Assembly: GCA_032718475.1 (NCBI GenBank)
Contig: JAUCBJ010003949.1
Span: 1-64,000 of the forward strand
Reading direction: 5' to 3'
Source: Nemertoderma westbladi
Taxonomy: Eukaryota > Animalia > Xenacoelomorpha
DNA length: 64,000 nucleotides
Shown one piece after another: positions 12,518 to 26,220 of the stretch. The position numbers were made by a program, and so were the translations under genes. The notes below the pieces were generated by a model. That model made no database searches, had not been told where the DNA came from, and saw only the letters and a list, made by a program, of their open reading frames with translations. Positions within the stretch are counted from its first letter, which is position 1. Every line of letters starts with the position of its first letter.

Positions 12518-15500
12518 ACCGAGAGAAAGCCGCCCCAATATTAGATTATAACAACAACATATCCATTGGGTAAGAAAGTGGAGAAGAGCCAGGCACGACT
12601 CTCAATTTTTTCGTTTATATTATGTGATCAATTTTCACTCATCTCGTCATGAACACAACATGTATGTAAACTTTTGATAAATTTGTTGGCTATGCGTTTG
12701 CGGCTGTTTGGGCAGGGTGTGGTAGGCCTATACTTTTCACACTGAAACATTTTGGTTGTGAAATGTTCAGGGCACAGCGATCAGAGATATTTTATATATA
12801 TTTTATTATGAGAGGAAGAAGAACATACAACGTTATTTACTATATTATATGTAACGAAATAATTGTTTTCGGGTTTGGAAGCCTCCCCAAATAGTTGATA
12901 TACGATTATATTTAAAATTATTTCGATGGTCATGGTCATTCACTCGTCTTTAATTAGAAATTTGTTTGCATGAAAGACAGTTTAGTTTAGTTTTTAATGA
13001 TTTATTATCTCTTATCTGACTGGGGTAATAATAAAGGATAGGATAAATGGATGCAAAGTGTGACAGTAACAATTATTTCCCAGTCACCCTAGCATGTCTT
13101 AAGTATATGATATCTCAAAGGGGGAAGTTTGGATGCACTGCATAAATGCAGTTCACCAAACTTCCCCCGAATGCACACTGTAACTTCCCCCTTCCCCCAA
13201 ATATCCACTGTTGAATTAATTTGAAGCGATATAATAAGTACAAAATTGTGCGAGTTTTTAATTGTGTGGTCCATTTGTTATTTGATCTCTATTTATTATT
13301 TAAAGTGCATTTAATATCACACTGGTTTTTAGAATATTATACTATACAACCTTATGTTTTATTAATTTACCCAATCGAAGCCTCATAAGGGCCGGTTATT
13401 TTTGTACGCATATCCCCTAATGCGCTCAGTAAGGTTCAAACAACATATTAATATGAAAATAAAGTATCTGCAAAGAAAAGAACCCAATACCCAATACCCA
13501 ATACTATATAATTTGACCTTATTAAAAAATTTGCACTTTTGCACACTTATTTGTACAAGTGCACTTTAGCAGATCGTAATGGTGGCTCTTATTTAACAAA
13601 CTTATGTTTATCCTCTACCGATCTACGATGGTGTATGATCAAGTGTCAGTCGCTAAAAGTGTCAAAAATCCAATTTAATAAAGCTCGATATTTGCAATTT
13701 TGGACCATATTCATGGACATTTTAAGTCACTTTATAAACATAAAAAGTTAAACAAATGTTACGATTATAGTTAGAAATCATTCCAAACTACATTTTAATC
13801 CAAAAAATAACATTCTACGATGAATAGAACTGGAAATAATAGTGTTTGAACTATCGAAAAAATGTTCACTATTTAAGTGCATTTTGCACTTAGTGCACAT
13901 AAGTCTTTTCCCAAGTTTTATCCTATTTCATACACTACAATCTATCCTCTATGCAATGAAAATGGTTTCAGATTAAACGGCCCTGTAGAACCGAAGTTAT
14001 TGATGTTTAAAAATAGTCACTCGAAAATTTCAAATTCTCTTGGTCACATAGTCTAGTGGTTATCAATCACGTTAATGAAACCGAAGTTCGCGGGTTCGAA
14101 ATCCAATATTGACCATTCTTATATTTTTGCAAAAAAAAATTATTTTTATTTTTTCACTAAAATCGCTCTAACTTCGGTTCTGGTGGTCCAAATTCAATAA
14201 AATTGGTATATTCTTTGCCGTAATTTTTTTCTTAATCTTTTGAGAAGGGGTTATTTTTGGCCCCAAAAAAATTAAAAAAAAGGGCCAAAATAACGCGATA
14301 TTTTTCGACCCTTAAAATTCGTAATTTTAATTATATATGTTAAGATAAAAGATAGCGGAGTTAATTTGATACTTTTTACAGGTACTTTTGGCGCAATACG
14401 CTAAATTATAATGGAATAGCGATTTGTTAAAATAAAAATGTTTCGTCCCTTTTTATAAATATTATATTTCACACGATCGCCTGCCGCTCCAGTTTTATAA
14501 TACCTCCGGCGCTGTGATTAACGCTGTTAGATAGATAATTTAACGCACTATAAGTCTGTGTAAACAAATCTCCCGTAAGTTAAGTAGTTTTCGGGCTAGA
14601 CGATTTCCCGCGAAGCAAGTTTGAAGCGCGAAATTATAATTTTGGCCCTCATTTTTTTAATATCATCCTTGGAGCAAAACCGATAGCATATTTGAATTCC
14701 CCGTATGGATATTGACTGTATAGAATGTACCTTAACCAACTAAAGTTAAAAATAAAAAATTATTCGATAAAAACTACTTTACAAATTCTGGCCCTTTTTG
14801 GCCCCTATTGCCGACATATTTTTTGTACCCCCATTCGATAGGAACGTAGCCCCAATGGTATCTACGAGTTTCATAAAAGAATTAGTGGATTCCTACCCGC
14901 GTTGTCGAATTAAACATTTCGGAAATAAGTTTTCCAAAAAAGACGGACAAAAACGTACAAATTTACAGCCCCTTTTTCCACCCGAAATTTTAATAAATAT
15001 CTTACCCCCATTCGATACGAAGGTAGTACCACTCTTCCCCTTTCCAACCGCGTTACTTTCGTCCCCGTACGATTAATATTAGCCGAGTTATAGCGGATCC
15101 CGCAAAGTCATTTTGTCCGTTTTTTCAACTTTGACGCACATTTTCGGAAAAAAGGCGTGGTAATCTTTTTTGAAAAAAAAAACGAATTCACTAATTAATC
15201 CCTTCTATCGTATCCCGGCGTCGGCTAAGCAATAACCTAGGGTTTTTTCGAGCCACTGTAGAGCGCCTTTCAAAAAAATTTTAAAATTGTCGAAAAAATG
15301 ACGGATTTTTGTCCGCCGTGTCCGTCGAAGGGTTAGATTTAATAATGTTAGAGTTGCTAATATCTTAGAATTCCGAGCCGCTCCCCTGGTGAGAAAATAA
15401 AATAATTTGGTCTGTTCCTTCATCGAAAAGTCCCCCAGAATCCCAAGTTAACCTATATAGTTAGCGATGGCCTGCGGCTTTAGGAGCGGCCGCGGTATTC

Positions 15501-15562
15501 ACCTCCCTCATAGCGGCCGCGGCGGTGTTGCGTCAAATGGAGAAATATTTATCCCACCGAGA
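12518..15562. mobile_element. 3.04-kb non-coding element, copy 1 of a head-to-tail dimer
   Basis: Collinear and highly similar to 15556-20636 once the RTE insertion is removed. ACCGAGA at 12518, 15556 and 20630. Confidence 0.85.
14042..14115 (+). pseudogene. tRNA-like sequence inside the 3-kb element (second copy at about 19109-19181)
   Basis: GGTCA...TGACC acceptor-like ends, A-box-like TAGTCTAGTGG and B-box-like GGTTCGAAATCC. Anticodon and T arms are degenerate. Confidence 0.5.
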
Positions 15563-16429
15563 GAAAGCCGCCCCAATATTAGATTATTACAACAACATAT
15601 CCATTGGGTAAGAAAGTGGAGGAGAGCCAGCCCGTCTCTTAATTTTTTACTTTATATTAAGCGATCAATTTTCACTCATCTCGTCATGAACCCAACATGT
15701 ATGTAACCTTTTGTTAAATTTGTTGGCTATGCGTTTGCGGTTGTTTGGGCGGAGTGTGGTAGGCCTACACTTTTCACACTTAAATATTTTGGTTGTGAAA
15801 TGTTACAGGGCATAGCGATCTGAGATATTTCATTTATATTTTATTATGAGAGGAAGAAGAACATACAACATTATTTACTATGTAACAAAATAATTGTTTT
15901 CGGGTTTAACTTGGAAGCCTCCCCAAATAGTTGATATACAATTATATTTAAAATTAATTCCATGGTCATGGTCATTCACCCGTCTTTAGTTAGAAATTTG
16001 TTTGCATGAAAGACAGTTTAGTTTAGTTTTTACTGATTTATTATCTCTTATCTGACTGGGGTAATAATAAAGGATAGGATAAATGGAAGCAAAGTGTGAC
16101 AGTAACAAATATTTCCCCGTCACCCTAGCATGTCTTAAGTATATGATATATCAAAGGGGGAAGTTTGGATTCACTGCATAAATGCAGTTCACCAAACTTC
16201 CCCCGATTGCACACTGTAACTTCCCCCTTCCCCCAAATATCCACTGTTGAATTAATTTGAAGCGATATAATAAGTACAAAATTGTGCGAGTTTTTAATTG
16301 TGTGGTCCAATTGTTATTTGATTTCTATTTATTATTTAAAGTGCATTTAATATCACACTCGTTTTTAGAATATTATACTATACAACCTTATGTTTTATTA
16401 ATTTACCCAATCGAAGCCTCATAAGGGTC

Positions 16430-18467
16430 AGGTACAGGAAAAAGAAAAACCCCTCGAAACAGGAAAAGGGCCCCCTGGACTGACAACAAAATTCAGAAGT
16501 GCCGAAATGACCTTCATAAGGCGCAGAAAGAGTCCCGACTCAAACAGACTACAGCGGCCAAGAATGCAGTTAAAGCTGCATCTAGGTCCCTGAACAGGCA
16601 GTACTCTGTTAATCTACAGGGGCTAATAAACCAACAGGTTGATGCCATCAATGATGCTGACGACATCAGGCAATCATCCCAGGCATGGAAATCGATCAAT
16701 CTGCTTACTGGGCGGAAAAGCCAACCAACCACCAAGGTTAAGGCTGAATCACCAGCCGATCGCCTCAATGGTTGGAAAGCCCACTTTGAAAAGCTCCTCA
16801 ATAATGACAGGGTATTGCCTGATAACTTTATAGAAGTAAAAGTGTCTGAGTCTGTACTCCCAGATATTCCCATTGGCGATATTTCCTTTGCAGAAGTGAA
16901 GGCTGCTGCAAAGAGCATTAAGACCAATCGTGCCAGTGGAGTAGATGGTGTTCCCCCTGAGGTCTTTAAAATACATGAGTGTTTAAAGCTCATCTATCCC
17001 ATCATAGTAGACATGTACCGTACAACACGAGTCCCACAAGAAATGAAAACAAATAAGTTGGTGCCAGTTCCCAAGAAGGGCAACCTAACACTCTATGGTT
17101 CTTTTCGGGGAATCTCATTGATCTCGATTGCTGCAAAACTATACAATAGAATTCTATTAAATCGCATCAGGGATCCCATTGAGAGACTGCTACGTGGAAA
17201 TCAGAATGGGTTCCGTAAAGGTCGTGGGACCATGGAGCCCATTTTGGCACTTAGAAGGATAATTGAAGAGTTATCAAAAAAGAAAGACAGGCATCTGGCT
17301 GTTATCTTTGTTGACTTCTTCAAGGCCTTTGATTCAGTCTCTCGCTCACGTATGTTCAGCATACTTTCATTATATGGGATTCCTGATGAAATTATTGCAG
17401 CAATCAGATCAGTATACGATGGTTCGACAACATTTGTGTCTACTGTTGACGGTGACACAGAACCATTTGAAGTGTTATGGGGCGTCCTCCAAGGAGACAC
17501 ACTTGCACCATTCTTGTTCATTATCGTGGTTGACTATGTTCTACGCATGTCCTTAGATCATCATAATGATGATGGGGTGATGATAACTCCACCTACTGGC
17601 TCCAGAAGTCGAGGAAATCCTGCCAAGTACCTAACTGATCTAGACTTTGCTGATGACTTAGGAGTACTCTCAGAATCATTAGAGGGAGCCCAGCGGCTCC
17701 TCAGCTCATTAGAACATGCTGCTTCTAGTGTTGGTCTTTTTATTAACTCCAGAAAGACCAAAATTCTGACAGTTAACTTTGAAAGTCCTCAGCAAGTCTC
17801 TGATCGGATGAGCATAAGCTCAAAGGATGGTATGCTTGAGCATGTGGACGACTTCTGTTACCTGGGATCATGGATCCGGAAGTCAGGTGAGGACCTTCGA
17901 ATACGTAAGGGAAAGGCATGGGCAGCCTTGAATAGGCTTTCCAGGATTTGGAAGTCACCTAGAATTAATCGGAAACTTAAGGTGCGATTATTTAGAGCAG
18001 CAGTAGTTCCAGTACTCCTCTACGGGAGTCCATGCTGGGCTCTAACTGCTGAGGACACCAAATCTCTGGATGGCACATTCACAAGAATGCTACGCCGGGT
18101 ACATTGTGTCAAGTACAATGCACACATCTCCAACCAGACACTATATAACATTGGAGGTGTCTCATTGGTTCCCCCAAGCTTGACACTAGAACAAAATCGC
18201 CTCCGCTTTGCAGGACATTGCTTTCGCCGTGAGGACCAGCCAGTGCATAATCTTGTACTTTGGCAGCCTCATGGAGTGAATAAGCATGGTGGACAGCCCA
18301 TGACTTTCTTGAGACGCATCTTAAAGGACACTGGCCTTAAAGATGCGGATGATCTAGCAAATGTCATGGGTGATAGGGAGTTGTGGCGGTGCAATTTTGT
18401 TGACAAGCCGGCACAGCATTCTTAAAAATGCAGCTGCAATGCAGCATGCCGATCCTAGTAGTAGTAG
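16430..18467 (+). mobile_element. RTE-clade LINE, 5'-truncated and recent, with 11-bp TSD and (TAG)n tail
   Basis: TSD TCATAAGGGTC at 16419-16429 and 18468-18478. The empty site is visible in the sister unit near 13383. Tail CTAGTAGTAGTAG. Confidence 0.93.
16815..18425 (+). CDS. Non-LTR reverse transcriptase (RTE-like); frame open upstream toward the truncation point
   Basis: Motifs PKKGN...FRGISL, QNGFRKGR, FVDFFKAFDSV, GVLQGDTLAPFLF, LDFADD, FCYLGS and RLRFAGHC. Confidence 0.95.
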   Translation: MPDNFIEVKVSESVLPDIPIGDISFAEVKAAAKSIKTNRASGVDGVPPEVFKIHECLKLIYPIIVDMYRTTRVPQEMKTNKLVPVPKKGNLTLYGSFRGISLISIAAKLYNRILLNRIRDPIERLLRGNQNGFRKGRGTMEPILALRRIIEELSKKKDRHLAVIFVDFFKAFDSVSRSRMFSILSLYGIPDEIIAAIRSVYDGSTTFVSTVDGDTEPFEVLWGVLQGDTLAPFLFIIVVDYVLRMSLDHHNDDGVMITPPTGSRSRGNPAKYLTDLDFADDLGVLSESLEGAQRLLSSLEHAASSVGLFINSRKTKILTVNFESPQQVSDRMSISSKDGMLEHVDDFCYLGSWIRKSGEDLRIRKGKAWAALNRLSRIWKSPRINRKLKVRLFRAAVVPVLLYGSPCWALTAEDTKSLDGTFTRMLRRVHCVKYNAHISNQTLYNIGGVSLVPPSLTLEQNRLRFAGHCFRREDQPVHNLVLWQPHGVNKHGGQPMTFLRRILKDTGLKDADDLANVMGDRELWRCNFVDKPAQHS

Positions 18468-21400
18468 TCATAAGGGTCGGTTATTTGTACGCATATCCCA
18501 TAATGCGCTCAGTAAGGTTCAAACAACATATTAATATGAAAATAAAGTATCTGCAAAGAAAATAACCCAATACTATATAATTTGACCTTATTAAAAAATT
18601 TGCACTTTTGCACACTTATTTGTACAAATGCACTTTAGCAGATCGTAATGGTGGCTCTTATTTAACAAACTTATGTTTATCCTCTACCGATCTACGATGG
18701 TATATGATCAAGTGTCAGTCGCTAAAAGTGTCAAAAATCCAATTTAATAAATCTGGATTTGCGATTTTGGACCATATTCTTGGACATTTTAAGTCACTTT
18801 ATAGACATAAAAAGTTAAACAAATGTTACGATTATATTTAGAAATCATTCCAAACTACATTTTAATCCAAAAAATAACATTCTACGATGAATAGAACTGG
18901 AAATAATAGTGTTTGAAATATCGAAAAAATGTTCACTATTTAAGTGCATTTTGCACTAAGTGCACATAAGTCTTTTCCCAAGTTTTATCCTATTTCACAC
19001 ACTACAATCTATTCTCTATCCAATGAAAAAAGTTTCAGATTAAACGGCCCTGTAGAACCGAAGTTATTTATGTTTAAAAATAGTCACTCGAAAATTTCAA
19101 ATTCTCTTGGTCACATAGTCTAGTGGTTATCAATCACGTTAATGAAACCTAAGTTCGCGGGTTCGAAATCCAATATTGACCTGACCATTCTTAATTTTTT
19201 TGCAAAAAAAATTATTTTTATTTTTTCACTAAAATCGCTCTAACTTCGGTTCTGGTGGTCCAAATTCAATAAAATTGGTATATTCTTTGCCGTAATTTTT
19301 TTCTTAATCTTTTGAGAAGGGGTTATTTTTGGCCCCAAAAAAATTAAAAAAAAGGGCCAAAATAACGCGATATTTTTCGACCCCTAAAATTCGTAATTTT
19401 AATTATATATGTTAAGATAAAAGATAGCGGAGTTAATTTGATACTTTTTACAGGTACTTTTGGCGCAATACGCTAAATTATAAAGGAATAGCGATTTGTT
19501 AAAAAAAAAATTTTTCGTCCCTTTTTATAAATATTATATTTCACACGATCGCCTGCCCCTCCAGTTTTATAATACCTCCGGCGCTGTGATTAACGCTGTT
19601 AGATAGATAATTTAACGGACTATAAGTCTGTGTAAACAAATCTCCCGTAAGTTAAGTAGTTTTCGAGCTAGACGATTTCCCGCGAAGCAAGTTTGAAGCG
19701 CGAAATTATAATTTTGGCCCTCATTTTTTTAATATCATCCTTGGAGCAAAACCGATAGCATAATTTGAATTCCCCGTATGGATATTGACTGTATAGAATG
19801 TACCTTAACCAACTAAAGTTAAAAATAAAAAATTATTCGATAAAAACTACTTTACAAATTCTGGCCCTTTTTGGCCCCTATTGCCGACATATTTTTTGTA
19901 CCCCCATTCGATAGGAACGTAGCCCCAATGGTCTTCTACGAGTTTCATAAAAGAATTAGTGGATTCCTACCCGCGTTGTCGAATTAAACTTTTCGGAAAT
20001 AAGTTTTCCAAAAAAGACGGACAAAAACGTACAAATTTACAGCCCCTTTTTCCACCCGAAATTTTAATAAATATCTTACCCCCATTCGATACGAAGGTAG
20101 TACCACTCTTCCCCTTTCCAACCGCGTTACTTTCGTCCCCGTACGATTAATATTAGCCGAGTTATAGCGGATCCCGCAAAGTCATTTTGTCCGTTTTTTC
20201 AACTTTGACGGACATTTTCGGAAAAAAGGCGTGGTAATCTTTTTTGAAAAAAAAAACGAATTCACTAATTAATCCCTTCTATCGTATCCCGGCGTCTGGC
20301 TAAGCAATAACCTAGGGTTTTTTCGAGCCACTGTAGAGCGCCTTTCAAAAAATTTTTAAAATTGTCGAAAAAATGACGGTTTTTTGTCCGCCGTGTCCGT
20401 CGAAGGGATAGATTTGCTAATGTTAGAGTTGCTAATATCTTAGAATTCCGAGCCGCTCCCCTGGTGCGAAAATAAAAAAATTGGTCAGTTCCTTCATCGA
20501 AAAGTCCCCCAGAATCCCAAGTTAACCTATATAGTTAGCGATGGCCTGCGGCTTTAGGAGCGGCCGCGGTATTCACCTCCCTCATAGCGGCCGCGGCGGT
20601 GTTGCGTCAAATGGAGAAATATTTATCCCACCGAGATGGGACATGCCACTTCCCTCTCTGCCTCTGCTACTAGTATCAGACCATACCGCAATCAGGTAAT
20701 TGTAGACAATTCTGTAATTATTACTGAATTAGTAGTAGGCCTGGGTTTGACTTTACTGCGTATACGTAGGCCTACAAGATTTTAAATAACGGCATGCTAA
20801 CAGCCAGCCATTTGGAAGACAACGTTTCAGCGACACATGTTGCTAATTGCAAGGACCGATTAAAGCAACAAGTACATCCTCATTTAAAGGAAAAGGCTGC
20901 TATGCCTCGCAAGAATATATCCAAAGCAGCTGAAAAGGTTTGTGGATCGGGTAGGAAGCCAGGAACCGCCACAACCAGGCGTGGGGGTCGCACGCCATTG
21001 GATATTGGCCCTGGCCATAGAGAGAGTGGCGGTAGTTTCCGTGTAGTACCTGAAATAATACTGCGTTCGTCTTGCAACGCGAAGAAGTGTAGCTCTTGTC
21101 ATTATATTTTCAAGGAGGAGAAAAATAAATACTATAGTAATATTATAGTAGTGTAGTGGCTCAAACAGTGGATGGGATGATGAACACCCAATATAACTTC
21201 AGCCTTTATGATTTTATGATTAATTAAATGTCTGACCGCGACTGTTTTGGGCTTTTGTAACTTCTGACAACGTTCAAATAAATTATCATTCATTTCGCCT
21301 GTTGACTGCCATAGACCAAGATCATGCGCAGTCTTCTGCATTGCGGCAGTGATCGACAAGTCGCATCGGTAGTGCCTGCAGGATGAAGCTGTGCTTCATC

Positions 21401-24400
21401 AATTATCGGTCACTACCGAGATTGTACAGTATGCCTGAACCCTGCGCTGTACCCTGTGCTTTCATTCTAACAGTAATGTATGTAAATTATGTAAATGTTT
21501 TATTGGACCTAACGGAAAGAAATATACTGCAATGCTGTACCCTGTGCTGTATACCCTGATGTATATTGTACTGGACGCAATAAAAATGCATCCCTCTTCA
21601 GGGAAAATTGGAGCAAATAACAGATGATTACTCTCCAAAATAAAACTGTAACCTGTTCTATTGTGTTTAGTTTATTGTTTTGGTTAAAATATCGTGCCAC
21701 TGTAACCTGCTCCTTTCCCTAAATTGAGAATTTAACATTAGGCGGGATAGTAATCCGCCAAGGCGGGTTTTGCGTCGAGTGTTCCCCCCTGTCTCATGTT
21801 GTACCGTCAATGTATCTGTTCTCTTCTGGCTTCTGCAGTATGAGTGATAGTTTATTCAATGCAGCAGACCAGGCTTTACTCCTTTTCCTTCACAATAAAC
21901 TACAGCCAATAGAACAGGTCACAGTTTTAATTTTGGGAACAAGTATCAATGTTAATTTATAAATTAAGGATAAGTAGCAAGTTGCATTGGCACGTTATTT
22001 TAACCAAAACAATAAACTACAGCCAATAGAACAGGTCACAGTTTTAATTTTGAGAACAAATTTTAATTTTAATAAATAATTTTAATTTTTTAACAGTGTA
22101 ATTGGACCGGAAGTGTAATGTGATTGAACTGTACTCTCTGATAGTGTAGTTGTCCAACAGTTCAACGAGGGCAAGCTTAAATGCACATCAAAAGTGCTAC
22201 ATAACGAAAAGTGTATCTTCTCAAATCTCACTTTTTCTCGAATGGAAAGATTTCAGTTTTGTTGCAATAGCGGAAGACTATGCCTTGCGGTGTATCGCAG
22301 TGTCAGCGGTACACCATTGAGTGTGAAGGTCCCGGTGCTTGCGCTTAGCTGTATGCGAGCGGTTAGCGGTATCTCACCGTTGACTGTACGACCCAACATG
22401 TGGTTGTGCGCTGTGCGGTACACCGCTCCGTTTACTGTGCTCATTGAAATAGGATAATAAAATTACTGGAGTAACTGGAGGTACTGGAGTACTGGAGGAC
22501 TATTGAATTAACTGTGTACAGAAGGACGACCAGCAATCTAGTCTCTTAGTTCTAACCGTAAACGTAATTTGTTCCAATGGAATAGTCCCTTAGTTCTAAA
22601 CCGAGCACCATTTGTTCTAAACCGGATACGTCAATAGTTCTAATCAAAGCTCAGTAGTTCTAATTTTGAACGTCATTAGTTCCAATTGAATAGCACTTAG
22701 ACGTAAACACCTGTCATTTGTTCTAGATCAAGCGTCAGTATTCTAGAACATTTTAGCAGCCGTGATTAAGATATTTAACGACTTAATTGTGATTTTAACT
22801 ATTACCAGGGACATATCCAGAAGGGAATGATGTTTGGGGTTGTAAGACCTTGCCGAATATTATGCATCTCGATTTTAAATGATGGAAAATAATAACTTGC
22901 AAAGTTAGGTATCTATTAATCCGAATGTAAATCAGGCCTCCCAGAGTTTCCTTTTTTCCTTTTTTTTTTCCTTTTTTTAGAACGTTTCCTTTTTTTTCTT
23001 TTTTTTTAGAATGTTTCCTTTTTTTGTCCATTTTCACACCTTTTTTTCCTCTTTTTAGTTCAGAAAATAGCCTGCTGTAAGTGTAACATATTCTATTCAG
23101 TACAAGGCAGCGGGGAGACAGCTGGACAGGTCTTGTAGTCTAATCAATTTCCGGTACTGTACCACTGTCTGACTGTAGTTCCTTATAAAAAATGACGATT
23201 TCAGTACTTACTATATACTGTACTATCAGTATAGTAGTCCTTGGCTTGATACTAAACTAATATAACAATTTACGGGACAAGTGATTTTCCTGATATCTGC
23301 AATCATACTTAACGGTACCGGTAGCAATGGAAACCATTAGATCCAAGCAATCATTGGCAGATAAGCTGAAATTTCAGCATGCTGCTGATATTGACAAGGT
23401 TATAACAGAGATTGACGGGCATATGCCGATTATATTTTGATTATATATTTTATTGACAAAAATCACAAGCTAAGCTACCATAAAAATGTAGCTGTGGAGA
23501 GAACTTTAATATATTTATTTCTGAGACAGAGGCTGTCTCTGTCTCAGAAAATATGTACATTAAAGTTCTCTCCGCAGCTACATTTTTAACGTGTGATTTA
23601 TTATAATTGACGCAAAACCCGCCTTCGTGATTCAACAATGATGATTTTCAATTTAGGGAAAGGAACAGGTTGCAGTGGCAGTCTATTCTAACCAAAACAA
23701 TAAAAGAGAGCATATAACACTGTTACAGTTTCATTTTTGCTCGTAATCAGCTGTTATTTGCGTCCATTTCCCCCTGGATATGGTTGTATTTTGATTGCGT
23801 CTTAAAGCATTTTTGTTATTTATATAAATGTAGCCACGACCGGAAATCCGTACCAAAGTTTTTATATCACTTTCAAACTAAAGTTCTATTTACAATCGTT
23901 TGATAATCCTCTATCAGTAGTTCAATATCAGTACTATCAGTAAATGAATAATTATATTAATAATATTAATATATTAACTATAATTAATATTAATTATATT
24001 GCCATTGCCTTTGTTCTCTTTCCTGCGTGTTTATATTTTTTAACTTTCTTTGATATCTTCCTGTCATTTAAAACAGTGACGTTTCTTAATAGGCCTATAT
24101 AAGGTTAATAAAATAATATACTGTTTACTATCCTTTTTATAAAGATAATATCTATTCAGTTTGACCCTTTTTTTGAACTGTATCCGATCCTTTTTTTCCT
24201 TTTGTGGGGCGAGACACGTATGGCGAGCCATCAGCGAACTGATATAATTATACTGGGCGAGACACGTATGGCGAGCCATCAGCGAACTGATATAATTATA
24301 CTATGGCCGTTTTTCAAAAGTCTGTGTGTGTGTGTGTGTGTGTGTCGGAAGCCATTAATGTCGGAAGCCATAAATGTCGGAAGCCATAATCGAAGTTAAT

Positions 24401-24783
24401 ATCTTCAGCTAAATTGTATGGTTGAGTCATTTTGAACGGTCTCTCCATGGAAATTAATTGTTTAGCACCATACGATTAAAGTTATTTTGCACAGAAATTA
24501 GATACCGGTATCTGGAATCCATGTACCCCATTCCATTATAGTTTTTTATTTTTTCAAGTGATTTGCGTTAATAAATGTATTTTTAATTGATTTAAACATA
24601 ATTAACATTGTAAATTCATACGCTGATTCCATTCTCCCCCATAGAGCCTAAGGCATGGCAAGGGCAGCCGTGCCCAATAATATTCCTTGAAGTTTTACAT
24701 TAGTAACATTGCAAGCTAAAGTCTTTGACCAAGCCAGTGCCTAGGCTAGTACACAAGGACATAGTAGTCCAGTAGAAGGAATA

Positions 24784-25417
24784 CTACTAGGATCGGCATG
24801 CTGCATTGCAGCTGCATTTTTAAGAATGCTGTGCCGGCTTGTCAACAAAATTGCACCGCCACAACTCCCTATCACCCATGACATTTGCTAGATCATCCGC
24901 ATCTTTAAGGCCAGTGCCCTTTAAGATGCGTCTCAAGAAAGTCATGGGCTGTCCACCATGCTTATTCACTCCATGAGGCTGCCAAAGTACAAGATTATGC
25001 ACTGGCTGGTCCTCACGGCGAAAGCAATGTCCTGCAAAGCGGAGGCGATTTTGTTCTAGTGTCAAGCTTGGGGGAACCAATGAGACACCTCCAATGTTAT
25101 ATAGTGTCTGGTTGGAGATGTGTGTATTGTACTTGACACAATGAACCCGGCGTAGCATTCTTGTGAATGTGCCATCCAGAGATTTGGTGTCCTCGGCAGT
25201 TAGAGCCCGGCATGGACTCCCGTAGAGGAGTACTGGAACTACTGCTGCTCTAAATAATCGGACCTTAGGTTTCCGATGAATTCTCGGTGACTTCCAAATC
25301 CTGGAAAGCCTATTCAAGGCTGCCCATGCCTTTCCCTTACGTATTCGAAGGTCCTCACCTGACTTCCGGATCCATGATCCCAGGTAACAGAAGTCGTCCA
25401 CATGCTCAAGCATACCA
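24784..25417 (-). mobile_element. 3' fragment of the same RTE family as 16430-18467
   Basis: Near-identical reverse complement of about 17827-18460. TSD AGGAATA at 24777-24783 and 25421-25427. Confidence 0.92.
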
Positions 25418-25668
25418 CATAGGAATAGTGCTCCTTCAATACATCTCAACAGACATCAATTCATTTGCCTGTGCCTACCAACGCGTGCTCCATAACATAA
25501 CATATATTCTTGATTTCCATCACCTCTCATCACAATTATTATTAGTAATTAAAAGTTTCAATTCGGTTTGTCTTTCCGTTATCTGGTTATTCAGTTATTG
25601 CATTATTAATAAATAAATGTTTTAAAATATATCTTATACGAAATATGGTTAATCATTAAAACTTGTCG

Positions 25669-26220
25669 CTAACATTCTCGCTATGGGGGTTTTAAAGAGT
25701 GTTGATTACATTTCTAATGTCAGTTTTCAGGTTTACATAAATCTAGTGTGTCTGTCTGTCGGTCTTTCTGTCAGTCAGTCTGCCAAAACATAAAAGAGAA
25801 TTCAAATTAACTAACATTCTCGCAATGGGGGTTTTAAGGTGTGCTGATTTCATTTCTGATGTCAGTTTTCAGGTTTAAATAAATCTAGTCTGTCTGTTTG
25901 TCGGTCTTTCTGTCAGTCAGTCAGTCTGTCAAAGTCAGTCAGTCTGTCTTAAAAAAGAATATAAACTAACTAACATTCTCGTTATGGGGGTTTTAATGGG
26001 TGCTAATTTTATTTCAGATGTCAGTTTTCACGTTTAAAAAAATCTAGTCTGTCTGGCTGTCGGTCTTTCTGTCAGTCAGTCTGTGAAAACTTAAGAAAGT
26101 ATACTAACTAACCAACATTCTCGCAATGGGGGCTTTAAGGGTTGCTGATTTCATTTTTGATGTCAGTTTACACGTTTACATAAATCTTGTCTGTCTGTCT
26201 GTCGGTCTCTCTGTCAGTCT
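25669..26220 (+). repeat. Four ~145-160-bp tandem copies with GTCT/CAGT microsatellites
   Basis: AACATTCTCG...ATGGGGG at about 25671, 25813, 25972 and 26114. Confidence 0.85.

Larger units (their letters stand above)
15556..20636. mobile_element. 3.03-kb non-coding element, copy 2, interrupted by an RTE LINE
   Basis: As for copy 1. The RTE sits at the site corresponding to about 13383-13393 in copy 1. Confidence 0.85.

Noticed and set aside
14042-14115. Functional tRNA genes at 14042, 19109 and 48474
   Set aside because: Anticodon arms or T arms do not pair properly, and all lie inside repeats.
13089-15706. Short ORFs duplicated in both 3-kb units
   Set aside because: They are short, mostly non-ATG, and differ between copies by indels; their recurrence just reflects the duplication.
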